Assembly: GCA_051942245.1 (NCBI GenBank) | Contig: JAVECL010000083.1 | Span: forward strand, 1-57,597 | DNA: 57,597 nucleotides | Origin: Trypethelium eluteriae | Taxonomy: Eukaryota | Direction: 5' to 3' | Shown here: piece by piece, positions 34,217-47,239 of the stretch | Layout: each line of letters opens with the position of its first letter | Position numbering within the stretch: the first letter of the stretch is position 1 | Notes under the pieces: model-generated | The model's database searches: none | What the model was told of the DNA's origin: nothing | What the model saw: only the letters and a program-made list of their open reading frames with translations | Translations under genes and position numbers: made by a program

Positions 34217-35860
34217 TCAAACGCCTTGACTCGTCCGTTCTTTTCTCCACGAAGTGCCTTTGCGATAGTTAATATAGAACAGAGCTGTTGCAAGTAAGCA
34301 TAATCCGCCCATAATCGAGAATGTCCACCCAATGTCAAAGACTTCAATCGCCTTCTGGAGGAATGAGACACTGATCGCTGCCAGTGTACATCGCACGACG
34401 TTACTAGAAGCTTGAGCAGCTGCGGGCGTTCGATGATTTTTGTCTACTAGAAGAGTATTGTAGACCTTGCGTACATTTAGTCATACGTCCGCATATGCAC
34501 GTAGTTCGGAGACTTACGCTAAAGTCGAGTTGCAAGCAAAGTCCTGCAACAAATTGGAGCGTGAGCGGAATGGCAATGTACTTCTCCCTGTCAGTACTTG
34601 TGCTCTTCATCGGGGAAAACGATAGACCTTTTCATACTGCAATACCCAGCCAATTGCAACCACTGAACAGGCTGTCACTAGCATGGGTATCCATACAATT
34701 TGTAAGCGCGCCTTTTCGACAGGGAAGACATCCAAGTTATCTCCGACCGTTTTGTCTGACAGGCCTTGGCGGACTCTAGCAATACGCCAGGTTTTGTCGA
34801 GAGGTCGACCAGAGATGAAGGTCGATACCACTCCGCCAATTCCAAAGGGAAGATATATAAGGCCAGCTTCCCATTCGCTCAGCCCATAAATGCCAACAAA
34901 AATTGTAGAGAGTGAGGCGTTGATGCATGTATAGACGATATAGAGGAAGCCGCAGGCGAGAATAATGATTGCGTTATCCTTATGAAGCAATATCTTTAGA
35001 GACTTTACCGGGTTAGGGGTCTGCCACGTATACGTTGAGACTGAGTTGCTGTCCTTCCAGTGGCACATAGCAGGGGAAATTGGAAGTCGCAAATATTTTA
35101 CTGGCCTGATGGATCCATCGCCTACGATATTGCGAGATGTCTCGGGCAGGAACAAAATTATTATGAACAAACATAACCCTGATGCAATGCACAGGAACCA
35201 GAAAATCCAGGTCCAACCCAATGTAAATGTTAGACCACCACCGAGTATAGGACCAAAGCTTGGAGCAATTGTAATACTGGTGGATGTAAGCTCGTCGTAC
35301 CTCGACTCCGAAATCCAGACCTACGCAAAAGACACCAAAGCGGCGAAAGACCCTCTCTCAGATGGAGGTGCAACATCGGTGACAACACCATAAGCAATTG
35401 AGAACGCACCTGGTGACGTCAGCTACGCCTTGAAGATCGAGTCACGAAACACACCAGATATAGCCAAAGCCTGCAATATTCGAAGACCGAGCAAGGCGGA
35501 ATAAGTTTTCGATAGAGCAATGGCGAGATTTGCTACAACGTATACGCTTAACGTAATGAGATACATCGGTCGCCGCCCCAGTATATCGGCAGCATCACCA
35601 ACTAAAGTCGGGGCGATTGTGGCGACTGACATGTATGTAGTTACAGTCAGATTTATCTTGCTCACAGAGACAGCAAAAGCCTTCGACAATGTGGGTATTG
35701 CAGGATAGTAGATGAAGCTGCTCAAAGTTGAGAACCAAGCGGCATAGGAGACCATGGCCACGATGCACCATCTTTCGACTGTTGTGAAAACTGTATAGTT
35801 CTCCGTCGCAGCAATATTTGGCCCAATAGCTGCTTCTTTAGATGTTTTCTCGATTGCCAT
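34217..35860 (-). CDS. MFS transporter (drug:H+ antiporter DHA1-like)
   Basis: SSFIYYPAIP..., motif A GDAADILGRRP, LRILQA, GVVTDVAPPSERGSF, GPILGGGL, LPETSRNIVGDG. Last exon read by hand to TGA at 34217. Confidence 0.92.
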
Positions 35861-38800
35861 TAAACTAGTGTATAAGTGATATTACGCCTATGTCAGAACT
35901 TCAGCTAGAATAAAGAAGGCCGACTGAGTCGCAAGAATGGACCAGTCTTGAGTCTTGCAAGCTTTTGCCACTTATCCTATGTACCCCACCACTCTGGGGT
36001 TTCCGCCAGTAAGGTTCTTTCGTGACTTGGCTCATGAAAAATGAAATGCAATGGACTTACACATTAAATTTGTCAATCACGCTGTTGCAAATGTATCACG
36101 TATTCTTCATGGAAGGCATTGTGGGATCAATTACGTAACAAAAGTCCAATGCCTGCCATGGCTTATCTTGTTATCCGACGGATGATGTCTTTCTGCAAGG
36201 GAATGACCACGTCATCTCCGCGCTGGAGTTATTGGAGTAGTTGATAGTCTCTGCAAGATTGTGTCAACCTGCTGAGGTTGAATATCTTTTCCGCAGCCCT
36301 ACCAAACCTCCGTACTCTATTACACAATTATCTCTCTGTGTCCTACGGAGTCAGCACGGCAAGAAATTGACGAGGCAGCTTAGGAAAACGGAGTCGTGAT
36401 GACTGACTTAGGTACCTAAATGAATAAAGCACCCAATCACCCAACGGTGCAACCACCCAATTGTTGCACGGTGGAATTGTGGAGCGTAAGATGTGGGTAA
36501 CATCATACGCTAATACCCAAATGGAAGAGTTAACGGCCAATGACTTCACCCACCTCACCTCACCCTTCAACAATGTTTCTATCTTGAAGCGCCTGACCGA
36601 TATCCCCACGTCCCTTCATTGGACAACAATTGTGCAACTTCAAAGATCTTGGGATCCTCATACAGCTGTTTTCCAGTAGCTGAAAGCCACGCGTCTTTGG
36701 AGTTGATCGCTGATTCACATACCCCATAACTTCGGTAGTTAGAATAACAGCTACAAACAAGAACGAAAGAAAAGGAATAACGAAGGCGTTCGAATCGAAA
36801 GCAGCTGGCGGTAGAAACTTAATCAGAACCCTTTCAGCCGTCGGAGATTACTCTCAACGAAATCATATCCTGAATCGAGCCGCACAGTATCACCGGCCGA
36901 ACCAGGACCCAAGCAGTTCCACAAATATGATACTTGAAAGCCTGGAAACGTTTCCCGAAGTTTGGAATCAGACCTTGTTCCCTAAATAGCTGGCTGTCTG
37001 CAGCTTTGTGTATTATGGGCATACCAATCCTGACAGTGATATATGCTATCACCACATCTGCGAAAGCGCACTTAAAGGAGAGAATCTGAACGAAGACCTC
37101 AATAACCACCACCTCCTTTCATTACACTCCTCTTATATCTTGGCAGGTACCTTCTTTGACCTCCTCAACTATCCTCGTGAGATCTACACAACTCCAATTA
37201 CTGGTAACGATACCATCGAACTGCCCATCTCCAGAATCACCCTGACCACCCTGTTCGCCCCGACCGTACCTTCTACCCTGACCGCGGTGCCTTCAAGCTT
37301 GCCATCTGTCCCTATTCTCTGACAACCACAAATACCACAAGCCGCACTGCAGCACAGGATACCACGATATGAGACAACAAAGGTAGACTCCTCAATGGCA
37401 GCTATGCTTCAGCCGCAAACACAGTGCCGTGGACACCACGTCCTTCTGTACAATCTACAATGCTCCTAGAGAAGCTATGATATGCGACATTAGCAGCTCG
37501 ATGAATGACTCATTCCAAGCGATGTTGTGATGCTCATCTCCAGGGACAATGCCCAAATGGACAAAGAGGTTCGGGAAGAGAATGGTGCACGACCAGTTTA
37601 AGGGTTCTGGGGGAAGCGATTCCTGGAATATTCGCCGCTGGCGAAACCCCAAACTTCGGGTCGTCCGAGATAAGGACCTCACTGCGTAGAGAGGGAAGCG
37701 GATCTCCAGTCAATGAGATTCTCCTTCGAGGGCTGAGCGGCCGCTCGGCTACCATACAGCGGGGGACAGACATGTGCTCTCGTGAGCACTTCATTCAATA
37801 GAAACTGATCATTAGACTTGTATCTATGGTAACAATGTTTGATATAAAGCTTCTTGATAAGGACCAGCACCTGCCCACTTGTGACATGTGCGGTTTCTGG
37901 TTTCGTGCCCTGCCACCGGATGAACGCACTTCAATCCAGATCAGAGGAAGAGCACAAATACTATGAAGAGGTGAGAGTTGGTATGTTTATTGCGCTACAT
38001 CCACAGAGCCTTGCTTCTCACAAGTCAGTAAAGCACCTCGGTCCTCATGGAAAGAATGGGCCTTATTTCAAATGCTCCAACCAAGAATACTGCTTCAAGC
38101 CCCGTAGGAAGTGGCGTTTAGTCCAAGACAGGCAACGGCGGAGAATGAGAGGACTTCGGTGAAATAGTAGCCAAGATAAGAATGAGCTCCCACAACAGAC
38201 AGACTAGCGGAAGGATAAGCGTGTTTTGGCAATGGGGCAAGCAACATGTTGGGTGCGGGAGTATTCAGACAACTACGATAACGCACTCACACTCAAGTAA
38301 GACTGAAAGGCTCTATTAAAGGATATTGTAGACATCGGATGTTGAAGGATGGTGTATATTAGTGATCATCATGCAGGTCCTCACTAAGCAAAAATCAGCT
38401 TATATATTTTGTCTCCACTGACGACGTCTATGAATCGGCTTTAGTGCTAAAAAGGATATGTACTGCGTGCTTTGAGGTTCCTGGTTAGACTTGGAAAAGA
38501 GACTGGGATGTAAGTATATCTGACGAATGCGACTGCCAGGATATATTCGTCTCGCAAGAACTGTGTTGGCTTACGGAATACCTTGAGAGGTTTCGTGGGA
38601 AGTTTCCTGATGGAAGAGATCTTCAGGGAGAGGAGCATCCTGTACGATAACGCTGACAATCGGACGCACGGACACGATGACATTAATGCGTACCTAAAGT
38701 GAGCCTTTGGCTGGGCCGGGCCACCTCAAGCTCGGGTCGTATCACAGCGTACTTGTAATGTGGTCTCATCCTGCCTTTAATGATTTAGGTAGTCTGTGCC

Positions 38801-39107
38801 GCAGGGTAAAGCTTCAGCCGTACGATTATCGTATCGTAGAGTACCTAGAGCATGGTACGATACTCTAGTCGACCTTCAGCTGCCCGGAGATCCGATGGCC
38901 CCTGTCCGAGATGTGGCACAGCCAGCTTGTCTCAACGCGGTAATTACGGCTGAAGAATCTGCACGCGTATCGAATCGACAGTCGGTATGGTAATTTTAGG
39001 TCTCAGATATTACAAACCTTTCCTGGACGAAATTCCTAGCTCGAGCATATAGCTGACTGCATTTCTCCATCTTCAAGAGTATTCGAGGTGTGCTCAGACT
39101 AGCCCTC

Positions 39108-40888
39108 ATGGCTACGCTTGTTTACGTACTGATACTTTTGCCAATTGGATGGCTCCTCTACAATGGCTATTGTCTCTTTCGCAATTTCATAAAGGCGTCG
39201 GCACTGGGACTACCCTGCATCGTCAGCCCGATTACTCCCGATAATCCTCTCTGGATTGCTTTCCAAACAGCCTTCGGGGCTAAACTACGCTACTTTCCCT
39301 TCGATGCCACGTCTTTTACACGCCATATCCGTCTCGGCTGGGAATTTCATGACCGATGTCAGACCCATGCTAGACTTGGTGATGCGTGGATACTTGTCAC
39401 GCCAGCCAGAAACTGGCTTTACGTCGCTGGCAACAAAGCCATCACAGAAATCTTTAGTCGCAACAGGGACTTTAAGAGACCAGTATGGATGTTGGAGATT
39501 CTTAATGTCTTTGGCCCAAGTATATCGACAGCAGTGGGCCAGGACTGGCAGCGACAACGAAAACTCACAGCCACCCCATTCAATGAGCAAAAGAGCCCTT
39601 TGGTGTGGAACGAAGCACTGGATCAGGCACGCGATATGTTGAACTCGTGGCTTTCGTCTACCGATAATTCGGGCGGCTTCACTACCACACCTGACGACAC
39701 GCGGACATTGGTATTGCATGTGCTCGCTTATGTCGCATTTCAAAGATCGTATCCTTTCCAAAGTGTCCCAAAGACGGGTAATTCTGGCACTGTTGTCAAA
39801 GACGCCAGTTCTCTGACATATCGTGATTCACTCGCGATAATCTTGGCCAATGTGTTCATGGTTATGATATTCCCACTATCTGCCTTCTCTCTCCCTTTTG
39901 GGAGGAGGTGGAATCAGATTGGGTGGGCTGTTCACTACTTTCGAAGCTACATGATGAAGCAATTGAGAGACGAGCAGCAACTCATGAAGAGTGGACAACC
40001 AGGTACTGGTACCCTTGTTAGTAATCTAGTGCGTGCTTCAAGTGAGACTCTACCAAGTGAGTCTACGAATGGCGGGAGTGCAATGAAACCTTTGACCGAG
40101 AGCGAAATCCTTGGTAATATTTTTGTATTCAACTTTGCTGGACATGACACAACTGCTATCTCTCTTGCTTATGGAGTACTGTTAATTACCGCCAATCCAG
40201 CAGTACAAGACTGGATTCATGAGGAGCTTCAATATTACCTACGCGATGACAGTATTTCAAGCTACAATGAGGTTTTCCCAAAGCTCAAACGATGTCTTGC
40301 AGTACTGGTATGTAGATGCTGCGATCCAGCACTAGCTGAATGGCCCGAAACGTCCGCTGACAATTCCAGTTCGAAACTCTGCGCCTCTATAATCCACTTC
40401 CTGGTGTCCCCAAGTATACTGGCGAGCAGCCTACGCATCTGGATGTCCATGGTAAAACGTACATTATTCCTCCGGACACCCTTGTCATACCTAACCTCCA
40501 GGCAGCGCACACGGATCCCCGCCACTGGGGTTCAGACTCGCGTACCTGGCGACCACAACGATGGATACTCCGTTCAAACCCGGGAAGCGTGAAGCTTGAG
40601 GATGAAGAGGTATTTAAACCAGCCAAAGGAACCTACTTCCCCTGGGCCGAGGGCACGCAGAACTGTCCCGGGAGGAAATTCGCACAGGTCGAGTTTGTAG
40701 CTGTCATGGTGGCTCTACTACGTGATCATCTTTCCGAGCCGGTGCCAAGGGACGGAGAATCGTTGGATGACGCTCGAGGGCGCACACTAGCGGTGGTGAA
40801 TGATAGCAATGTGGAACTTCTACTTCAGATGCGGAATCCGAGGGATATTGTTGTCCGATGGAGAAAAAGGAAGATGAATCTTTCGTAA
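39108..40888 (+). CDS. Cytochrome P450
   Basis: N-terminal membrane anchor, WQRQRK, I-helix FAGHDTT, intron 40308-40369 then FETLRLY (ExxR), WRPQRW, heme motif FPWAEGTQNCPG. Confidence 0.93.
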
Positions 40889-40894
40889 TTGTGG

Positions 40895-41450
40895 GTTTTA
40901 CGACTGATGACAACGCTTGGGAAAAGCGGCCTCCGGCCAAGCTCAACCGTCAATGCGATGATGGCCAACGCTTTTCTAAAGCAGCCCAGCTGCGACTATT
41001 CCCGCGAGTACTATTCCGAAATGAATGAGAGGGACCTTGAAGCGGTAACGCAGAGTCCAGGCCCGGTATTTCGAGACCTCGGTGAGGCGACGATTGGGAA
41101 TGGCAAGCCGGGATCGAGGCTAGATCCCAACAGGTGGAAGAGCGCGGACTGACCTTCAAAGATTAGAACATTGGTGACGTGGATAGGACTTACATTGAGC
41201 GACTTGTACAGAAACCCTATCGTGTGCTGGAGAGCCGTAATACATAACAAATACGCAGATGCATCCCATGATACATCATCTAAGGAGTTGGGCACGCTTG
41301 TAATTCTAGACGAAGCAACACCAATGATATTCGCACGATATGAGACGGGAAAAGGCACCCAAGCAAAGCAAAAAAGTGACCGTCATGCGTATCATGATCG
41401 GAGATACTCCTGCCTCAAGGTCTTAAGAGTAGAAAGTTCTTGTTTCACCG
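40895..41450 (-). pseudogene. Remnant of the N-terminal part of an MFS (DHA2/14-TMS-type) efflux transporter
   Basis: ANIIGVASSRITSVPNSLDDVSWDASAYLLCITALQHTIGFLYK...VLIFEG, followed by stop-interrupted ALAIIALTVELGRRPLF, resembles the N-terminus of fungal DHA2 pumps. Stops and frameshifts present; the rest of the gene is missing. Confidence 0.7.
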
Positions 41451-42555
41451 CTTCGTTTGCCTGTTTCGACGAACAAGACTCGGCTTGAGGTGTGTCGGAC
41501 CGTTGACCTTATCTGCGATCGTTCATGTGTTATTTGCATATCGAGGCTGAAGACCAAAAGATGCGGCAAAGGACACCCTTCATCGAACGAAAACGAGGCT
41601 AGTAATGTTACTGGTAATGCTGATATCCTTTTTGCTCTGCCCTCGTTTTGGGTTTAGCTAGACGTATTGCCTGAAACAATGCATGCTTGCAGCTGTCCGA
41701 TAGAACCGGGGCGGGATCGATCGTGTGCGTCCCAGCCATTTTGTTTCCTAGTAAAGTCACAAAAGGTGCAGCGCAGATCTCTCTGGGTTCAATGGTGTTT
41801 ATGGTCCTGTTCGACAGCATAGCAGCTCAAGGATTGATTGGCGCAAGCAGAGGCATAGGGCGACGTTAGGTGCCAGGATTTCCTTGAGAGGTCATACTGC
41901 CGTTGCTGACGCTGGGGCGATGTCCTGCATTCAGTCCTACACTCTAGAAAGAAAGCGGAAAGGCTTTCTGTGATTCAAGGTCAGGGTCTGTTCGTGATTG
42001 TATCTGGTACAAAGAGGTTCAAATTTCGAAACGTTCCGTTCACGATGACTTCTTCCAGCGCTTCTCACAGGATACCTTCGTATATCTCGAATTGCCACTC
42101 TGTGAGGATGCTACCAAGCTTACTCTTGCTTGGAGCTGAGTCTTCAGCTCCCGTCAGCCGTACTGTACATCACCCATGAGGCACATGTGGCACATGAAGT
42201 ACCCACTCAGAATGCCGCCTTGGGTTCCTTCCATACCCTGAGATTCCCACATTCACGTGCTTGAACTAGACCTTGACAACGTGAATTGCAGTGCCCAAAA
42301 GGAAAATGTGGAGCCAAAGGCGTGAAGAACGGCGCGGGGTTGACGTGAGAGTCATTGTTGATCTTTCAGCATGCATAGGAGGAAGCAATACAAGCAGCTC
42401 AATAAATCCCACTCCCAATGACGCTCTACAGCTCATTCTTTCCCAATATTCCAACAGCGGTCATTCTTGGAATGTATTGAAGCCAGTGGTATTTTCCGAA
42501 AACTCCTCTCACGTGCTTCCACAAGAGATCGTGCGAGCCACTGCAAGAACCAAAG

Positions 42556-44428
42556 ATGCTGAAAGAAGCTCTACATCCGCTTTATGAGCAGTTGAGAATT
42601 TCTCCTGCTTCGATTGCTTCTTCAACTGCTGTGAAAATTGTGGTTTGCTTCATTGCTTCCTGGCTGCTGTGGAGAATCTGGGCATTCACTGTTCATCCCT
42701 TGGTACGCCCGAATGCTCCAAAAGAGCTCCCATATTGGATACCAGGTCAGTCATGGCTAAGCGAGGAACCGAAAAAGGGTAGAAGCTAATACTTCTTGAC
42801 AGTTCTGGGTAAGAAGACCTGAAGAGAACACTTAGAGTACAGTCTACTCGAATGACGACTGATTTCAAGACAGGCCATGCCACGGCGTTCATTGCAGATG
42901 CTCAGGCCCTTATTGAACGCGGCAAGTAAGTTTCGAGCTTTGGCTTTCTTCAGTAAAACATTGGATATACATACGTTCTAAGCAAATGAAAGGGCATATT
43001 TCAACGACAACGGAGAGCCATTCACCATTACGTGCGGCGGAAGAAAGCTATACATACTTACGACACCCGAGGATGTTGCGGAGGTTTACAGGAATAACGC
43101 AACGTTATCCTGGGACGCAATGCTCAATGAGTTGTTTGTTGGCTTCGGGGTTCGCCCGTCAGTAATCCATAAGATCTGGGAAAAGCTCCCGGTGGATGTA
43201 TTACAGAAAGGGAGACCTGAGCTAGACCCGGCCAAAGTCCAACATCTGTCGAGTGCGCATTCTACTCTTGATTTGTACAAGAGGCAGCTTCTTCCAGGAC
43301 CAAGATTTGAGAAGATAAACGAGACACTCACCGGATACATTAGTAGTTCTCTGCAGTGGACTCCAGTATCGGCCACATACGGTTCCAGCGAAAAGAGACG
43401 TATTGAATGCATCTCGTTGAGAGATTTCTGCTCCAATATTCTTGTAGACGCAATCACCCGAACGCTATTCGGAGATGGTATTTATGACATTGAGCCTCGG
43501 ATGACTCAGTGCATATCTGACTTTAACGAGGATGCCTGGATGCTGGTTTTCAACTATCCACAAGGCAAGAACAGTAAATTGAGCAAAGCTAGGAACCAGC
43601 TCCTCAAAGCATTCGTTGCATACATCCGTGGGCCGAAGGAAATTCGTCGCGGTCAAGCGTGGCTAATCCAGACCACAATAGAGGAGCAGATGGCCATGGA
43701 TATCAACGACGAGGATCGCGCCGCACTTCTGCTGATGATCTATTGGGCGTAAGTTCTAGGCAATCTTGACAGTCGGCTCACTCGTTCCCCAATACTGACT
43801 TTCTTTTCCGAACAAAAGCGCGAACATCAACCCATACAAACTTGCCTTCTGGATGCTCAGCTACATCCTCTTCGATCCCTCCCTCCTCGCTACCCTCCGA
43901 ACCGAGACTCGTCCCGCCTACGACCCCACCACGGGTACCATCGCGAACCCAAGCCACCTCCTCACCGCCTGTCCTTTGCTCGATTCCGTCTACAATGAGG
44001 TCCTCCGCATCGTCAACGGCGCCCTCTCCGCCCGCAAGATCATCGCCCCCACCGTCATCGGCGGCAAGACCCTTACAGCTCCAAACACCATCCTCATCGC
44101 CTTCCGCCAGCTGCAGTACAATAGGCGCATCTTCGGCTCCGACCCTGCCGCCTTCGATTCGGCACGCTTCCTCCGCGAGCCGAGCCTCCGTAGCTCCGCC
44201 AGCTTCAGGCCCTTTGGCGGCGGTGTCAATTACTGTCCGGGAAGATTCCTGGCACGGCAGGAGATGCTGGTCTTTGTGGCATTGGTACTGCAGCGCTTTG
44301 AGGTCACATTGGCGGCGAGTCGGCCGGGCCAGGTGTTTCCGGAGCTGGATACGTCGACGCCGGCGTTGGGGATTAATAGTGCGAAGGCAGGGATGGATTT
44401 GTTTATTGACTTAGAGGAGACGGCGTGA
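42556..44428 (+). CDS. Cytochrome P450, CYP7/CYP8-like type
   Basis: PKELPYWIP-VLGHA (via a 6-nt micro-exon), I-helix LLMIYWAANINP, EVLR, FGSDPAAFDSARF, heme motif FRPFGGGVNYCPGR. Confidence 0.92.
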
Positions 44429-45183
44429 CGGTGAGATAATATGGTACCCACATGAGTGCTGTTAGGAGCTTCACCTAGTGTATACCGCTCTCTTTTTGGG
44501 CCTTGATAGTCTTGGTGTTTTGGTGATCTTGGTTTCAGTGCCTGTACAGCGTTGTTAGGAGGGTATCAAGCGACCCTGATGATAAGTAACACTTCTATCA
44601 TGAATTATACTTAGAGCGGGCTGTTTTTTTCCAACTGAATGAGTTTTAGCATAATGCATCTTGACAGTCGAGTATCGCTAGGCTTGCAAGGCGAGACCTT
44701 GTTCATCTCATTCGTAAAGTCGCGAGTGTATCTGATAGTTTCTGACCGCTTGTTGGAAAGCGTCTCCAAATCAACTTCATCCGCGCTACTGAATAGGGTT
44801 TATAATCATGTCGCATTGGATTTGAAAAAGTGATCAAACAACTCAGCACTGTTGAGCAGATCGGGGAAACCATCAGTAGAGTACCTAATTGCATCGGCTC
44901 AACAAGGGAACACAGCTGCCTAGCACTAGGCAATCTATCATGTAACTGAAGCTGGCTCTGAAGTCATGGTGTTGCCTTCATCTCTACCCCACCCGAGGCG
45001 TCGTGGAAGGAGATCCAAATTTTGATGCTATCACTTGGATTAAGGTTGGCAAATAAAACTGATTTTGCACGTGACTGTTGCTATCCCTGCGCCATGGCCG
45101 GAACAAGCGTTTCAACCTCATCTTATTCAAGCCAGCGACAACCCCCAAAATCCCCACATTGAGCATCGGCATCTCCACTCAAC

Positions 45184-46027
45184 ATGCTCTCTCGTCGTGC
45201 TCTCGCCCAAGCTACGCGAGCTTCAGGTCGTCGCACTCCAATTGGCGCATGCTCGGCCATTAGAAGCTACGCTACGCCTGCTGCCGGGGCTCCTTCTACA
45301 AAGCCACCTGTACCTCTTTTCGGTCTTGATGGAACTTACGCAAGCGCTTTGGTACGTACAAACTCTCATATCATGCATGAATGAGCTCGCCGAAACTGCA
45401 TTTCTGTAGCTCCCCGTGCCCGCTGACCGTCCTACCCGCAGTACACTGCTGCAGCCAAAAGCTCTTCCCTTGACAACACTGCAAACGCGATACAAAACAT
45501 GCTTCAGGTATTCAAGCGAGATGAAAGACTTCAGCGCGTTGTCTCTGCTCCTACTCTCTCAGCCGAAGACAAGAAACAGATCGTCAGCGAGCTACAGAAG
45601 CAGATCGGTGGTGCGGATAAGAGCGACACTGTGAAAAATCTGTTGACCACACTTGCGGACAACAATCGACTGTCTATCTTAGAGGGCGTTTGCGAAAAGT
45701 TTGGCACACTGATCAGTGCGTATCGAGGAGAAGTGGAGTGCACAATCACCAGTGCTGCGGTAGGGAGACCCTTGAAGATCACGTCTTGATGTAGCTGGAG
45801 AATGCTAATGCAGCTTATAGCCTCTTGATCCAAAGGTCCTTCGACAACTCGAAAATACCATCGCGAAGTCACAATACGTTGGGCAGGGCAAGAAACTAAA
45901 GGTAGTCCCGAAGGTCAACTCGGACATCAAGGGAGGGCTCGTGGTTGAGATCGGCGACCGCACAATTGACGATAGTGTTTCTGCCAAGATGGCGAGAATG
46001 AACAAGTTACTACGGGATACCTTGTAA
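45184..46027 (+). CDS. ATP5: Mitochondrial ATP synthase subunit 5 (OSCP/delta)
   Basis: Presequence, then KPPVPLFGLDGTYASAL-YTAA, VKNLLTTLADNNRL, GEVECTITSA, KVNSDIKGGLVVEIGDRTIDDSVSAKMARMNKLL. Two introns; TAA at 46025-46027. Confidence 0.96.
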
Positions 46028-46187
46028 ATACTAGAGCAAGCTAGCATGTAACTTTAGAGCCCGTAACCAAGCTATTAAAGATGGCCATTTAGCATTGTCC
46101 CATTGTCGAGATTCTTGAAGAAATCACGGAAAGAACTGTCAATCCCCGAACCATGTAGACATTTCGCTGAATGCTGATGCGAGTCTA

Positions 46188-47105
46188 TCATACATTGAGT
46201 CCCTGAGAGGGGGGTGTTGTGGATGATATACGCGCGGCGGTTTGTGGGAGACTAGGAGCTGGTAACGATTTTCGCGGCCCCCTCAACTCAGCATCAGTCA
46301 TTCCATTCCCGAGCTTCGTGATTCCCATGACAGGGGGATCTCCCTTTTTGACAAACTCATACACGCCTGTTCGTCAATCAGCCAGGGCCTCTTCCTCGCA
46401 AAGTTGGCGTGCTTCAACACTTACCAGGCATCTTATTCCCCGCTAATCTAAATGCATCCCTCACAACCTGCTCGTGAATGTCGCCCTTCAGCTCGAAGAT
46501 AATCTTTGAAACAGCAACTCGGCTTGCCCAATGGTCAAATGACCCCTTCCCTTTTCCCATTCTCGTCTCGTTTCCACTTGTGTATACCCCAATACCGGCA
46601 TTTATTCTCATGTAAAGTCGATATCGCATCCCTCTTAATCTTCTTCGAATCGTGTCCTCTCCATTGCGAAGTTGAGCGGCGCTGACGCGTCGGTCGTGGT
46701 CGCACATGCGCAAGCCATAGTCGCCCCAGACAACGGTTGTACCGCGGACGGATCCGCCTGTGGGAACGCGAGGTCTACCTTTGCGAGATCTTTTGCTTTC
46801 ACCGGCCTTTGGAGCGAGCCAGTCAAGGGTCTTATGGCTCGTAGAGAAAGAACGGGATAAAGAGAGGGAGGGTACGGAGGAATGTAGGCCTAGCTTGTAG
46901 TTAGTTGTGTGGCAACTATAATCATACGGTAAACTTGCAATGAATCTTTGGACACGATTTCAATGGTGTGATCGAGCCGAAGCTCATCAATATCCGTGGC
47001 GGCGGCATTGCGGCGTAAGAGCCTGAGCAGACGGAAGGTATCCGTAAATGGATGGATGATGGATCCGTGCTCGGCGCATCCTCGGCCAAAAGTGATACGC
47101 GACAT
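46188..47105 (-). CDS. MRPL16: Mitochondrial large ribosomal subunit protein uL16m
   Basis: KGRPRVPTGGSVRGTTVVWGDYGLRM, GNETRMGKGKGSFDHWASRV, HEQVVRDAFRLAGNKMPG. TGA at 46188. Start is uncertain (ATG 47105 or 47008, depending on the first intron acceptor). Confidence 0.93.
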
Positions 47106-47239
47106 TTTGCGAGGCGCGTCGACCCGAGCTTCACGTCACCATGTCTTGAATGCTTCCGCCGAGGTACAGTATGCAGCATTGAACCTTGAACAAGTCTACT
47201 ACTTGACAACGCTCTGTACTCACTGAGTAAGTTCCGAGT

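Noticed and set aside
2800..45000. Starship giant transposon as carrier of the accessory block
   Set aside because: No DUF3435 tyrosine-recombinase captain gene or recognisable boundary repeats in the window.
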